Shown: one piece after another, positions 1 to 9,539 of the stretch
Numbering within the stretch: the first letter of the stretch is position 1
Layout of the letters: each line of letters starts with the position of its first letter
Source of the DNA: a virus
Direction: 5' to 3' (one strand)
DNA: 64,000 nucleotides
Virus record (IMG/VR): IMGVR_UViG_3300021389_001814
Span: 4,467-68,466 of that record
Made by a program: the position numbers and the translations under genes
Notes under the pieces: model-generated
The model's database searches: none
What the model was told of the DNA's origin: nothing
What the model saw: the letters and a program-made list of their open reading frames with translations, nothing else

Positions 1-2
1 TT

Positions 3-30
3 AAAGGGCGGGATTAATCCTGCCCTTTTT
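3..30. terminator. Probable bidirectional intrinsic terminator
   Basis: AAAGGGCGGGAT-TA-ATCCTGCCCTTTTT hairpin with A/T tails, downstream of the minus-strand ORF ending at 69. Confidence 0.7.
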
Positions 31-68
31 CTTTTGTCCAGATACTTTAATTTAAATTATTTGAGACT

Positions 69-395
69 TTATTCAATAACTCTTTTAGTTTTTGAATCAC
101 CATGTAACTTTACCCCCTTGCCGCGAATAAGGTCTGCCATCACTTGCGGGTTTTCACAAGCAGATTGGTACAAAGTTTTTTCGTCAACATCACTCCAGAA
201 TACCCAAATTTCTGGACTACGATGCGGATTGAATCTTGCACGTAATGTCATCTTATTGATAAGCGATGCAATTTCTTTTTGTGGGTCTTCTTCATCGTAT
301 AATGCTGCTTCGGCGCGATGATGGTCATCACATGTAATATCTATAATGCTTTCAAACCCTTCGTTATCAAAGAGTGTTATATATCTGAAACTCAT
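69..395 (-). CDS. Hypothetical phage protein (likely early-expressed)
   Basis: 108-aa ORF with AAGGA RBS, upstream sigma70-like promoter and downstream terminator. Confidence 0.75.
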   Translation of the reverse strand: MSFRYITLFDNEGFESIIDITCDDHHRAEAALYDEEDPQKEIASLINKMTLRARFNPHRSPEIWVFWSDVDEKTLYQSACENPQVMADLIRGKGVKLHGDSKTKRVIE

Positions 396-425
396 AGTGA
401 TTCCTTTTATTTGTTATATAGAATA

Positions 426-454
426 AAAATACCACAACAAAAGGAAGATGTCAA
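426..454 (-). promoter_or_regulatory. Sigma70-type promoter for ORF 69..395
   Basis: Minus strand TTGACA-17 nt-TATTTT with an extended -10 TG. Confidence 0.6.
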
Positions 455-1191
455 CCGATAATGAATCCATATCCGCCACCACCCGCAACAAACATTTTTA
501 AATCATTTTCTAATTTTTCTAGTTCTGCTAGTGCATCACTTCTTAGAGAATCTGCATTAAGCGTTGTTCCGCCTTGCGGGCCAGCAATAGTATTATATTT
601 GCCACGGGCTTCTGCAAGCATAAGTTTGCTTTGTGATAATGCATAATCTTTTATCCATGGTCCTGCATATACGTCATTAAATAAATTCTCTTCTGGTCTA
701 TAATTATATATGTGAAGATAAACATCATCGTCGCTACGCATTCTGCGATGAATGAATAAGTTTTTAGTAACGCGATTAAAAGTGAAATTCAAATCCGCCC
801 CGAACATTCTGCCCAATAATTCACGATGTTGTGCCAATGCGTCATATACTGCAAGGCCACCTGCACGACCACTGTGCATCATATACTGGTTTAAAAATTG
901 TGCTTCAAATGGTTCGAAATCATAACTTGAGCCTGAGCTAACCCCTGTGCTTCTGCGGTAAATTTTTCTTACTTCAATAACTTCATCTGGTAGAGTATAA
1001 TCAGTTTTTTCAACTTGGAGGGTCAAAGAAAGGAAGCTTTCTTCCACGGCGTTCTCACTACGCTGTCTATATTTTTCAAGAGACTTTGTTATTGCAAGAT
1101 GATAGTCATCTGGGTCTAATTCTACATCTATCATAGAGCCACCAAGGCGCTGTTCAATTTCTTTTATTATAGTATCGCGGGTTATAGCCAT
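451..1191 (-). CDS. gp13: Neck protein, T4 gp13-like
   Basis: RLGGSMIDVEL N-terminus, WIKDYAL...KYNTIAGPQGGTTLNAD and C-terminal GFIIG typical of gp13; next to gp14/gp15. Confidence 0.85.
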   Translation of the reverse strand: MAITRDTIIKEIEQRLGGSMIDVELDPDDYHLAITKSLEKYRQRSENAVEESFLSLTLQVEKTDYTLPDEVIEVRKIYRRSTGVSSGSSYDFEPFEAQFLNQYMMHSGRAGGLAVYDALAQHRELLGRMFGADLNFTFNRVTKNLFIHRRMRSDDDVYLHIYNYRPEENLFNDVYAGPWIKDYALSQSKLMLAEARGKYNTIAGPQGGTTLNADSLRSDALAELEKLENDLKMFVAGGGGYGFIIG

Positions 1192-1214
1192 AAAGAATAC
1201 TCCTATTATAGTAT

Positions 1215-1231
1215 TATTTATTGAATAAATA
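1215..1231. promoter_or_regulatory. Back-to-back T4-type late promoters
   Basis: TATTTATT-G-AATAAATA inverted repeat between divergent gp13 and gp14. Confidence 0.65.
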
Positions 1232-1252
1232 TAAAGATAAGGAGTTCACTCT

Positions 1253-2341
1253 ATGGCAAAATTAACTATGTGGAAACCACAAAAAACAAAAGACTATCAT
1301 TATATGGATAGAATAATAAAAGAACAATTCTTTGTAGGAGGAACTGGCGCGTATATACATAAGTATATTGGCCCATATCAAACCGTGGATAAAAGCGATA
1401 AATCGCAACCAAACTACACTGAGGGAAATGAAACTGATCCCATTACTGGAGAATTAACAAATCCAAACGGATGGGTCAATGAAACTAAAATTCAGGATTT
1501 GCTGTTCTTAGAAAATCGCGATAGAAAATATGAAGCTGATGTTTACGAATTGCGTGGTGTTTATAATGTCACCGATAATGATTTTGATTTAACACAGTTC
1601 GGCGTTTTTCTAACCAACGATACACTTTATATGACATTTCATATAAATGACATGGTAGACACAATTGGTAGAAAATTGATGAGCGGCGACGTTATAGAAT
1701 TGCCACATCTTGCAGATGATTTAGGATTAGAAATAACAGAAAAGCCAATACCAAAATATTATGTTGTTCAAGATGCAAATCGTGGTGGTGAAGGATTTAG
1801 TCAAACTTGGTGGCCGCATATATGGAGAATTAAAATGGGTCCAATAACTGATAGCCAAGAGTTTGCAGGAATTTTGAAAGAACCCGGAGAAAACGACAGG
1901 GATGAAGCAACCAAACTTTACAATCGTGTTTTGGATGCAAACAAACAAGTAGTTCAATATGCCAAAGATAATGCAGAATCTTATACTACTAGTTTGGCAG
2001 AACATTTGTTTGGTTACGACGGAACAAGTAATTCAAATGAAGTAAGTTATGACTCTAACATTCCAACCGGAATATCATTTCCAAATGATCCAAATCAAGG
2101 AGACTATTTTGTTAGAACAGATTTTAATCCAAATAGATTGTTTGTAAGACGTGGAACAAGATGGCACAGAATTTTTGACCAAACTGGCGCAGGAGATACT
2201 TGGGAACAAAAAACATTCAACGCTGGTGGTTTCGTTAATAACGAAGAACCAACTATGGCAACAAATGATAGAATTTTTGCAGAAAGACAAACTATTACCA
2301 ATCCAGTTCCGCCGATTGTGGATAGCGAAGGGAGCGAATAA
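1253..2341 (+). CDS. gp14: Neck/head-completion protein, T4 gp14-like, C-terminally extended
   Basis: LTQFGVFLTNDTLYMTFH...GDVIELP motif; position between gp13 and gp15; AAGGAG RBS. Confidence 0.7.
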   Translation: MAKLTMWKPQKTKDYHYMDRIIKEQFFVGGTGAYIHKYIGPYQTVDKSDKSQPNYTEGNETDPITGELTNPNGWVNETKIQDLLFLENRDRKYEADVYELRGVYNVTDNDFDLTQFGVFLTNDTLYMTFHINDMVDTIGRKLMSGDVIELPHLADDLGLEITEKPIPKYYVVQDANRGGEGFSQTWWPHIWRIKMGPITDSQEFAGILKEPGENDRDEATKLYNRVLDANKQVVQYAKDNAESYTTSLAEHLFGYDGTSNSNEVSYDSNIPTGISFPNDPNQGDYFVRTDFNPNRLFVRRGTRWHRIFDQTGAGDTWEQKTFNAGGFVNNEEPTMATNDRIFAERQTITNPVPPIVDSEGSE

Positions 2342-3693
2342 TGCAGTATTTTTACGATAATCAGATTAGAAGATACCTTGCACAAGTTATTAGATTATTT
2401 TCAGACTTTAGTGTAAAAGTTGGTGACAGTGCTGACGGACAGCCTATATTCAGAACAGTTCCAGTGAACTATGGTGATATGTCCAGAATGAGTTCTCACA
2501 TTATGAAAAACAATAGCGAGAATGTTTTAACTAGTGCGCCATTTATTAGTATATACATAACTGACATTTCAATGGCAGGGAACCGTAGAACATATCAACA
2601 ATTTACTCACAGTAGTTATATTACTGAAAAAAAGTTTGATGAAACTACAGGACAATATAGTAACGAACCTGGCGATAGATATGAAGTTATAAAACATAAT
2701 CCAGTCCCATATGATATGAGCATTAGTGTTGATATTTGGACTACAAACTTAGAACAAAAGTTTCAGCTTTTTGAACAAATATCTGCGCTTTACAATCCGC
2801 ATATAAATTTGAAAACTAATAGTAGCCCCGTTGATTGGAGTTCATTAAGCTATATGGAAATGGTTGGAAATAATTTTAGCGGAAGAAGTATTCCTAGCGG
2901 GGTAGATGATGTTATAGACGTTTTAACTTTTAATTTTATGATTCCAATATACATAAACCCACCCGCAAAGATTAGAAGAGAACGACTAATTCATACAATT
3001 ATAAGTAAGTTAGACGTAGTTGATAGTGAAAATATAAACTACTTCAAACAGAAAGAAGATTTTGCATCGCAATTCACATCATATACTGTGATAACTGTAG
3101 AAAATTACAAGTTGCAATTTGACGAGAATCGTGTTACACTGATGTCAAAGACTGGTTCGAGTGTAAATCAGGATGGAACAAGTATAAGATGGGATGAATT
3201 AATTAAGTTGTATGAATGTGATATTAGAGAAAATGTAAGTCAGATTCGTCTAAGAAGAACAGACGACATAACCGACGACTCGCAGGATATTATAGGAACT
3301 ATAGCTATAGACGAAACTGATCCTCAAAAACTTATTTTCAATGTAGACACCGATACTCTTCCTATAAACACATTAGGAACTATTGATTCTATCATAGAGC
3401 CAACACAGACATATCCTAGTGATGGAAACTTACCTGCTGCACAGACTGGCCAAAAGTATCTGATAACACATGAAACCGGAGAAAATGGATTATGGGGCGT
3501 AACTGCTAATCAAAACGATATAATACAATTCAATGGCACAGAGTGGGAATTATTTTTTGATTCTAGTGAAAGCACTGGACCAGAGATAGTTTACGATACT
3601 AACACACAGGACCAATACGAATGGGACGGAACAGTATGGAAAAAAAGTTATGAAGGAATATATAATGCAGGATATTGGAGATTGTATCTATGA
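2341..3693 (+). CDS. gp15: Tail sheath stabiliser/terminator, T4 gp15-like, with C-terminal extension
   Basis: YFYDNQIRRY, VPVNYGD and PVPYD...EQI...NP motifs of gp15; TAATG coupling to gp14. Confidence 0.8.
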   Translation: MQYFYDNQIRRYLAQVIRLFSDFSVKVGDSADGQPIFRTVPVNYGDMSRMSSHIMKNNSENVLTSAPFISIYITDISMAGNRRTYQQFTHSSYITEKKFDETTGQYSNEPGDRYEVIKHNPVPYDMSISVDIWTTNLEQKFQLFEQISALYNPHINLKTNSSPVDWSSLSYMEMVGNNFSGRSIPSGVDDVIDVLTFNFMIPIYINPPAKIRRERLIHTIISKLDVVDSENINYFKQKEDFASQFTSYTVITVENYKLQFDENRVTLMSKTGSSVNQDGTSIRWDELIKLYECDIRENVSQIRLRRTDDITDDSQDIIGTIAIDETDPQKLIFNVDTDTLPINTLGTIDSIIEPTQTYPSDGNLPAAQTGQKYLITHETGENGLWGVTANQNDIIQFNGTEWELFFDSSESTGPEIVYDTNTQDQYEWDGTVWKKSYEGIYNAGYWRLYL

Positions 3694-4169
3694 TTAGTGC
3701 AAGCGGTTGTTTGTTTTTGGCAATAGATACTGGAAGAGTTTGTTTGCAACTTAGAAGCGACAATTCTACATATAGCGGAACTTGGAGTTTTTGGGGAGGC
3801 AAACAGGAACAAAATGAAACACCATTTGAAACTCTTCTACGAGAACTAACCGAAGAAATTGGAATTATTCCAGATGTTGAAAAAGTTTATCCACTACATA
3901 AGTATATAAGCAGAGACAAAAATTTTGAATACAATTCTTATGTTCTAACTGTGTATGAAGAATTTGTTCCACAGCTTAATGGCGAAAGTAGCGGCTATGC
4001 TTGGGTAGATATTGGCATCTACCCAAGACCACTACATCGCGGAGCAAAGACTGTTTTGCTTAACAAGAAAATGACAGAAAAAATAAAGACTATCTTAAAG
4101 AATCAAAAAGAAAACAACGAAGATATCAACTATCTAGAAAATTTTTCAAAACCTAAAAAGATAGCCTAA
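3690..4169 (+). CDS. NUDIX hydrolase
   Basis: Nudix box GGKQEQNETPFETLLRELTEEIG; start moved to the ATGA overlap at 3690. Confidence 0.9.
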   Translation: MISASGCLFLAIDTGRVCLQLRSDNSTYSGTWSFWGGKQEQNETPFETLLRELTEEIGIIPDVEKVYPLHKYISRDKNFEYNSYVLTVYEEFVPQLNGESSGYAWVDIGIYPRPLHRGAKTVLLNKKMTEKIKTILKNQKENNEDINYLENFSKPKKIA

Positions 4170-4685
4170 ACCATTTGAAAAGTATTCTCTGCAATATATT
4201 TTTTCTTTATTAAAGTCGTGGAGCGTTTCTTGTTCACTTTGACGATTAGGGTCTGTAAATGTTGGCGTTTCTTTCCAATCAAACCCGTAAACTGATACAT
4301 TTTTAGTTTCAAAATGCGAAAGCAAGTCTAACACCATCAACCCAGTTGTTGGTGTTTCTATTTTCGATTTTACTTTTAAGTTATGTAGATAAACTGGATC
4401 ATATACGGCGACGTGTGGAGCATCTACGGGAATCCAAGAAGCCATTTGTATTACAGTTTCGGGTTCTACTATATTCGCATTTTCATATTCACGATGTCTC
4501 CACATCGCCCATACATCAGTTCTTGAACCATGCGTTAGTTGTGAATCAAATCTTTCATACAGCATTGCCGCACGATTCATTCTGATTATTATATCGTGAT
4601 TATCTATTTCTCCACCGTATCTTCTATTGAAAAGATACTGTGCATTTCCTATTACCGCTATACTTTTATTCGTAAAATCTCTCAT
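4146..4685 (-). CDS. Glycosyltransferase family 29 (sialyltransferase-like)
   Basis: Sialylmotif L-like IAVIGNA...IDNHDIIIRMN...GSRTD, S-like PTTGL...VYGFD, VS-like HDFNKE. Confidence 0.75.
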   Translation of the reverse strand: MRDFTNKSIAVIGNAQYLFNRRYGGEIDNHDIIIRMNRAAMLYERFDSQLTHGSRTDVWAMWRHREYENANIVEPETVIQMASWIPVDAPHVAVYDPVYLHNLKVKSKIETPTTGLMVLDLLSHFETKNVSVYGFDWKETPTFTDPNRQSEQETLHDFNKEKIYCREYFSNGLGYLFRF

Positions 4686-5215
4686 TTAAATATAAACCAT
4701 GTTGGATATTCACTCCAAACACTGTTTGGTTCGTGGCAATCAATAAGATGCAAATCTCTATTCACTTTTGAAGAAAAATCATTTACACATTTTTTAACAA
4801 GAGGCCAATTATCATGATAATCATCTCCTGCCATTATTCCACTATTTTTTAATTTGGGATACCAATCACTAAATGTTTTTCCATTTTCTTCGCCAGTATG
4901 TGCATAGCCGTCTACATATATGAAATCGAAATAATTGTCTGGGAATAATTCTAGAGCATTTTGAAACTTTAATTTTATTATAGTATTTCTATCACGATAT
5001 GGCTCTAATCTTTTTATTACACGCTTATATTGGTCATCATCGTGTCCTCTGTCTCCTGCCCACATGTCTACGCTATAGTGATAATAGTTTTGTGTATTTC
5101 TCAAAACACGTTCGCTGAATTCACCTTCTGCAACTCCGAGTTCTATGCCAACCCCATTGGGATTGGCAAATTTCATTACGTCTTCACGCTTGTTTAAAAA
5201 ACTGTGTTTAATCAT
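4682..5215 (-). CDS. Class I SAM-dependent methyltransferase (Methyltransf_24-like)
   Basis: GIELGVAEG motif I, FDFIYVDGYAH, GIMAGDDY. Confidence 0.85.
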   Translation of the reverse strand: MIKHSFLNKREDVMKFANPNGVGIELGVAEGEFSERVLRNTQNYYHYSVDMWAGDRGHDDDQYKRVIKRLEPYRDRNTIIKLKFQNALELFPDNYFDFIYVDGYAHTGEENGKTFSDWYPKLKNSGIMAGDDYHDNWPLVKKCVNDFSSKVNRDLHLIDCHEPNSVWSEYPTWFIFK

Positions 5216-8200
5216 TTATTTTCCTAAAATGAAAATCACCATCTACATTTGTGTTTGAAAAGTTTGAAATTAATTCAAATCCGAACTTTTTCATATAATC
5301 TATTACTTTATCTTTATTTGGTGCGCCTATGTTATATTCAACATGTTGTAATTCTATAATAACATCTTTACAATTGGATAAGCACTTTGTTGCACCCTTT
5401 AAAATATCAAGCTCTGAACCTTGGACGTCTATTTTTATAAAATCAGGCAAAGGCCAATTTCTTTTTTCCACAACAGTATCAAGTGTTGATGTTTTCTTTT
5501 TCACAATTTTATCTTTACCAAAAAGAATATTTGCATCATTTGAATGTTTTGGGTTCTCTCGGTAATATGAGTTACCTCCAGGATGAATTTTATTTTCATA
5601 GAATTCTATAATTCTATCATCTTTATCAGAAAGAACACCAATGTTATAATTTGGAAATCCCTTTTCTTGATATATTTCTTCCACGTCATCCATTGCCTCA
5701 AACAAGAAAAAGTTAGAATTATTCCATTTTTCTTTTGCTACTGAACACCAATGAGTTACGCATGAGCCAATATCATAAATGACTTTTGGTTCTATCGACA
5801 TTTCATTAAGATAGTCAACATGTGTTTTTGGCAATAATCTTTTATTAGACAGTGCTTTTAGACTTTTTTTTTCGTCAGATATGGAACTTATTTCCGCATT
5901 AGGGTTTTGGTCAACTATGAATTTTGTATTCCCAATATGTTCACAATGTATACTGCTGTCTGCCCACAGTTTGAATCCATGCTTTCTTGCTTTGATAGCA
6001 AAATCAATATCTTCACTTATTGTGTCGCGATGATTTAGTGCAGAATGGTATTCAAAGTGCGGATAAGGTATAGTTCTAAATACTTCACTTTTGATAAGAA
6101 CACAACCAAACCCACATCCTGCTATCTCAACGATACCACGATTTTTAATTAATTCATATGGCATATTTGTGCATCCACCGTTTGGCGTATCCATATAAAC
6201 CTCTAGTGTATGTGTATTTGGAATTCGCTGAATATACAATCCACTAATTATATCTTTATCTGCTGCAATAAAGTTTCTTAGTGTATTTTTTGGAAGAACA
6301 ATGTCACTATCTACAGAGAATAAGTAATCGTAATGTTTCGCCCATTCTGCGATCAAGTTGCGAACCTGGTCTACGCGATACCCATAAAAGAATTGAAACT
6401 CAGTTTCATATCCTTCTGGAATATCCAAATCATAAAGAGATTTAAACGTTTCCGGTTCTATATATTTTGAAGTAGGTATTGCTATTAGTATTCGTTTTTT
6501 TCGTTGCATATGGGTTTCTTTTTTTATAGTTTGTTCTTTGATTACATTTTTTTCTGATTGCTTGCCTAAGTGCTCGGATAATTTAACTCCACTATTTTTG
6601 TTAAGTATCTTTGCTGCATTGCGACTTTGTTCATCGCCATTTATTTTATAGTCATTTATTGGATTTATATCATTATAAGCATAAACAATTTCTTTTAGCG
6701 CAATTATATTGTCTGGATTGGCCCGCTCAATCAAACTATAAAATACACTACCATCGCCACCAGCACGATACCATTCGCCATTTTCATCTTTGAATTCACT
6801 TTGGTCAATACTATTGATTAGAGATTTGCGGAAAGTTCTTAGGTGTGTGTATGGCATATTCCAGTTAAATTTGTGTTCGCGATAGGAACGATTTTGCTTT
6901 ACACTTTCTGGATAATCTTGTGCTACAAGCGGAATATTGTCTACTAGACTCCAACAGCTACCGTATGTGAACTCTGCTCCATAATTATAATAATCATTGT
7001 AAAGATGAAATAGTGTATTGTTGTTTACTAGCCAATCATCACCATCCAATAGCATAACAATGTCATCATCTTCGCCGTGAATATCAATCGCAGTTATTTG
7101 GTTATATACTGCTCCACGATTTGTAAGATTCTTTTGTAGAGAAAATTTAGAACGAACTTCTGGTGGCAAACTATCTATTGTCTGTCGGGCAACTTCAAAA
7201 CTATTATCAGTTGAACAATCATCAATCAAAACATGTACGTAATTATCATAATCTTGTTGTGCCACACTAAGAATACAATTGCTAATATATTTTTCACAGT
7301 TATAAAAAGGTGATACAATTAGTATCCCGCGCTGCTTTCCAAAACTAATATATTCACGATAGTTTGGCATATTGTTAACTCTGCCAAAGACACGATTTAC
7401 TTTTTGACTAATAATTTTAGCAACACGATAATCTTCTGCTGGTAAAAACTTTCCTAGCTTGTGGTGGAAAAATCTTTTCCATTCTATAGCAACACTATCC
7501 CATCCTGCAACATCGTGAACTACACTGCAATAATTTTGCTTTTGTTGTAGTAAGTAAGGATTATTATACGCATCAACAGTCAGTTGAACAAATTGTTTTA
7601 CTTGTCCTTCTTTGTTAATATATGGAAACAAATTGTTTGGTTCTATAGCAAAATCCATAGTATAACATGCGCCAGCAACAGCAGTTTCTTCAAGTGCGCC
7701 AAATTTTGTAGTTATCAGTGGCGTATTGTATAAAAGAGATTCTAGTGTAGATATTCCAAATGTTTCTGGAAATGCACCAGGATACAACATAAAAGTTGCG
7801 TTTGTAAGTATTTCAGCAATTTTTGGTTGAGGAATCACATCCGTAAAAGTAATGTCTAGTTCTTTTAGTCTATCATCTTCTACCAATTTTCTAAGTGTTT
7901 TTTCTTGTGCATCTGGTTCTGCACCTTCGCGAAAACGATAATATCCACCAATTACTGTAAGATGCGCCTGTGGTATTTGTTTTTTAACTTCTGGCCATAT
8001 GTGTTCTAATAGAGGAACCAAACCCTTTGTCACACTTGCATTATAAACAAAATGATTTCTATCTTTTTTGCTAAGGTCAACTTCATCTATATGTTTTACT
8101 GCGCCATTTCTTGTTTGAAATACTTTATGTTTAAGAACTTCATAGTTTCTTTTTTGACCGTGATCGCAGTTCAATACATAATCAGTATGAAAATCACTGA

Positions 8201-8606
8201 GTGTAAAAATATAATCTATTTCACCAGATAATGCCAAATTTTGAACATGTTGGTCTCCCTCACAAAAGGTATCGTGCAACCACAATGCTTTCATCTTTGC
8301 AGATTTCAAAAATGGATATCTATTTTTATTTAAAAATGGTTCTGCGGTTCTGCTAACAATAACTATATCATATTCTTCATTATGATTTGCTGCATTTGAA
8401 TTATCAATATATCTAACACCATTATAAGTTCCTTCACTAGAATGTGTGCTATCATTGCAATTGTTGAATACAGTTACGTTAAATCCTAATTGTTGTAATT
8501 CTTTTGACATAAGAATGACAGCACTTTCGCTGCCACCTAGTCCATTTTTTTCTAGCGTTGTGCCATCATAACACAATCCAATCTTATCACATATTGCTAT
8601 TTTCAT
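5208..8606 (-). CDS. Multidomain glycosyltransferase: GT4 + GT2 + GT2-like + FkbM methyltransferase
   Basis: GLGGSE and ETFGISTLES (GT-B); SPFYN...IDDCSTD...LDGDDWL (GT-A); LFSVDSDIV...GFGCVLIK...SEDIDF (second GT-A); YDIGS...IKIDVQGSELDILKG (FkbM). Confidence 0.9.
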   Translation of the reverse strand: MKIAICDKIGLCYDGTTLEKNGLGGSESAVILMSKELQQLGFNVTVFNNCNDSTHSSEGTYNGVRYIDNSNAANHNEEYDIVIVSRTAEPFLNKNRYPFLKSAKMKALWLHDTFCEGDQHVQNLALSGEIDYIFTLSDFHTDYVLNCDHGQKRNYEVLKHKVFQTRNGAVKHIDEVDLSKKDRNHFVYNASVTKGLVPLLEHIWPEVKKQIPQAHLTVIGGYYRFREGAEPDAQEKTLRKLVEDDRLKELDITFTDVIPQPKIAEILTNATFMLYPGAFPETFGISTLESLLYNTPLITTKFGALEETAVAGACYTMDFAIEPNNLFPYINKEGQVKQFVQLTVDAYNNPYLLQQKQNYCSVVHDVAGWDSVAIEWKRFFHHKLGKFLPAEDYRVAKIISQKVNRVFGRVNNMPNYREYISFGKQRGILIVSPFYNCEKYISNCILSVAQQDYDNYVHVLIDDCSTDNSFEVARQTIDSLPPEVRSKFSLQKNLTNRGAVYNQITAIDIHGEDDDIVMLLDGDDWLVNNNTLFHLYNDYYNYGAEFTYGSCWSLVDNIPLVAQDYPESVKQNRSYREHKFNWNMPYTHLRTFRKSLINSIDQSEFKDENGEWYRAGGDGSVFYSLIERANPDNIIALKEIVYAYNDINPINDYKINGDEQSRNAAKILNKNSGVKLSEHLGKQSEKNVIKEQTIKKETHMQRKKRILIAIPTSKYIEPETFKSLYDLDIPEGYETEFQFFYGYRVDQVRNLIAEWAKHYDYLFSVDSDIVLPKNTLRNFIAADKDIISGLYIQRIPNTHTLEVYMDTPNGGCTNMPYELIKNRGIVEIAGCGFGCVLIKSEVFRTIPYPHFEYHSALNHRDTISEDIDFAIKARKHGFKLWADSSIHCEHIGNTKFIVDQNPNAEISSISDEKKSLKALSNKRLLPKTHVDYLNEMSIEPKVIYDIGSCVTHWCSVAKEKWNNSNFFLFEAMDDVEEIYQEKGFPNYNIGVLSDKDDRIIEFYENKIHPGGNSYYRENPKHSNDANILFGKDKIVKKKTSTLDTVVEKRNWPLPDFIKIDVQGSELDILKGATKCLSNCKDVIIELQHVEYNIGAPNKDKVIDYMKKFGFELISNFSNTNVDGDFHFRKIND

Positions 8607-9178
8607 TATCTAAAACTCGGTCCTTCTACCCAACTTACTAACGATTTTCTGGTTCCACCTGTTACTGTAGTTACACGATGACTCAAAAATGATGGAAAAA
8701 CAAATACCGTTCCTTTTGTTCGTAATGCGTTTGGGTCTGGTTGCGGATACTGTGGGTCAAGTTCAAAGAACCCACCTTCGTAATCAGTCATACCATCGCT
8801 TAGTTGCATTATTACTGAAATTTTTCTATCATATGGATTATTTGCATCCCAGAAAGTATCACTGTGCCATTCGTATTTACCAGCTTCGCTTCCATGATAT
8901 TCCGTATATTGTATATCATTTACTGTATCTATATGGAAACCGAAAGCGTTACGATTTGCCATTTGTGCAAAATCATATATTAATTCTTTTATCCATCTGC
9001 TTTCTGGATTATTGCCATGAACCCAACGAACATTACTTTTCCTATAGCTGCTGTCTGGTCTGGTATTTTCTACGCCTAGCGCAGCTTCGTGAACTTGATA
9101 TTTTTCACATTCTTGTATAATAGCATTGACCGTATCATCACTTAGTTGATTCGGCCACATTTGCCACATTGCTTTCAT
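8606..9178 (-). CDS. 2OG-Fe(II) oxygenase (prolyl-4-hydroxylase/PKHD-like)
   Basis: HxD (WHSD), RKIS, GG, FPSFLSHRVTTVTGGTRKSLVSW. Confidence 0.9.
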   Translation of the reverse strand: MKAMWQMWPNQLSDDTVNAIIQECEKYQVHEAALGVENTRPDSSYRKSNVRWVHGNNPESRWIKELIYDFAQMANRNAFGFHIDTVNDIQYTEYHGSEAGKYEWHSDTFWDANNPYDRKISVIMQLSDGMTDYEGGFFELDPQYPQPDPNALRTKGTVFVFPSFLSHRVTTVTGGTRKSLVSWVEGPSFR

Positions 9179-9195
9179 ACTATTAACTCCTAAGT

Positions 9196-9235
9196 TATTT
9201 ATTAATAGTATATATCATTTTTATGATTCTGTCAA
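9196..9235 (-). promoter_or_regulatory. Sigma70 promoter plus late-type promoter of the modification operon
   Basis: TTGACA (9235-9230)-17 nt-TATACT (9212-9207), followed by AATAAATA (9203-9196) and AGGAG RBS. Confidence 0.75.
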
Positions 9236-9242
9236 TATAAAA

Positions 9243-9539
9243 TTATATTTTTTTGTAAGTCATTATCCACGATTGAGTGGTTTCATCCCATTCGTAAATA
9301 TCCTCTTCGTCGGGGAGAGGTGTTGGCGAATCCCAATATTTGTTAGTTTCATTCCAAATCCAACTATCAAATGGTTTTGGTGGACGAAACCCTTCGGTTT
9401 CTGTGTGAGTGTATCCTACACTAACATCGTCATAATTATTATAAACAATCCAATGTCCATCCATATTGTTTACATAAGTGTCATCACAAACAATAGTATC
9501 AGTCACTATATTATTTTCTATTTTTGCCTCGTATCTCAT
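9243..9539 (-). CDS. Small fibre-associated/assembly protein
   Basis: FRPPKPFDSWIWNE...WDSPTPLP...YEWDETTQSW motif common downstream of Gly-rich phage fibre genes; ATGA overlap. Confidence 0.6.
   Translation of the reverse strand: MRYEAKIENNIVTDTIVCDDTYVNNMDGHWIVYNNYDDVSVGYTHTETEGFRPPKPFDSWIWNETNKYWDSPTPLPDEEDIYEWDETTQSWIMTYKKI

Noticed and set aside
5208-9178. DNA hypermodification cluster (oxygenase plus glycosyltransferase)
   Set aside because: Oxygenase looks P4H/PKHD-type rather than TET/JBP, and the context is structural with no nucleotide-modification genes; disfavoured but not excluded
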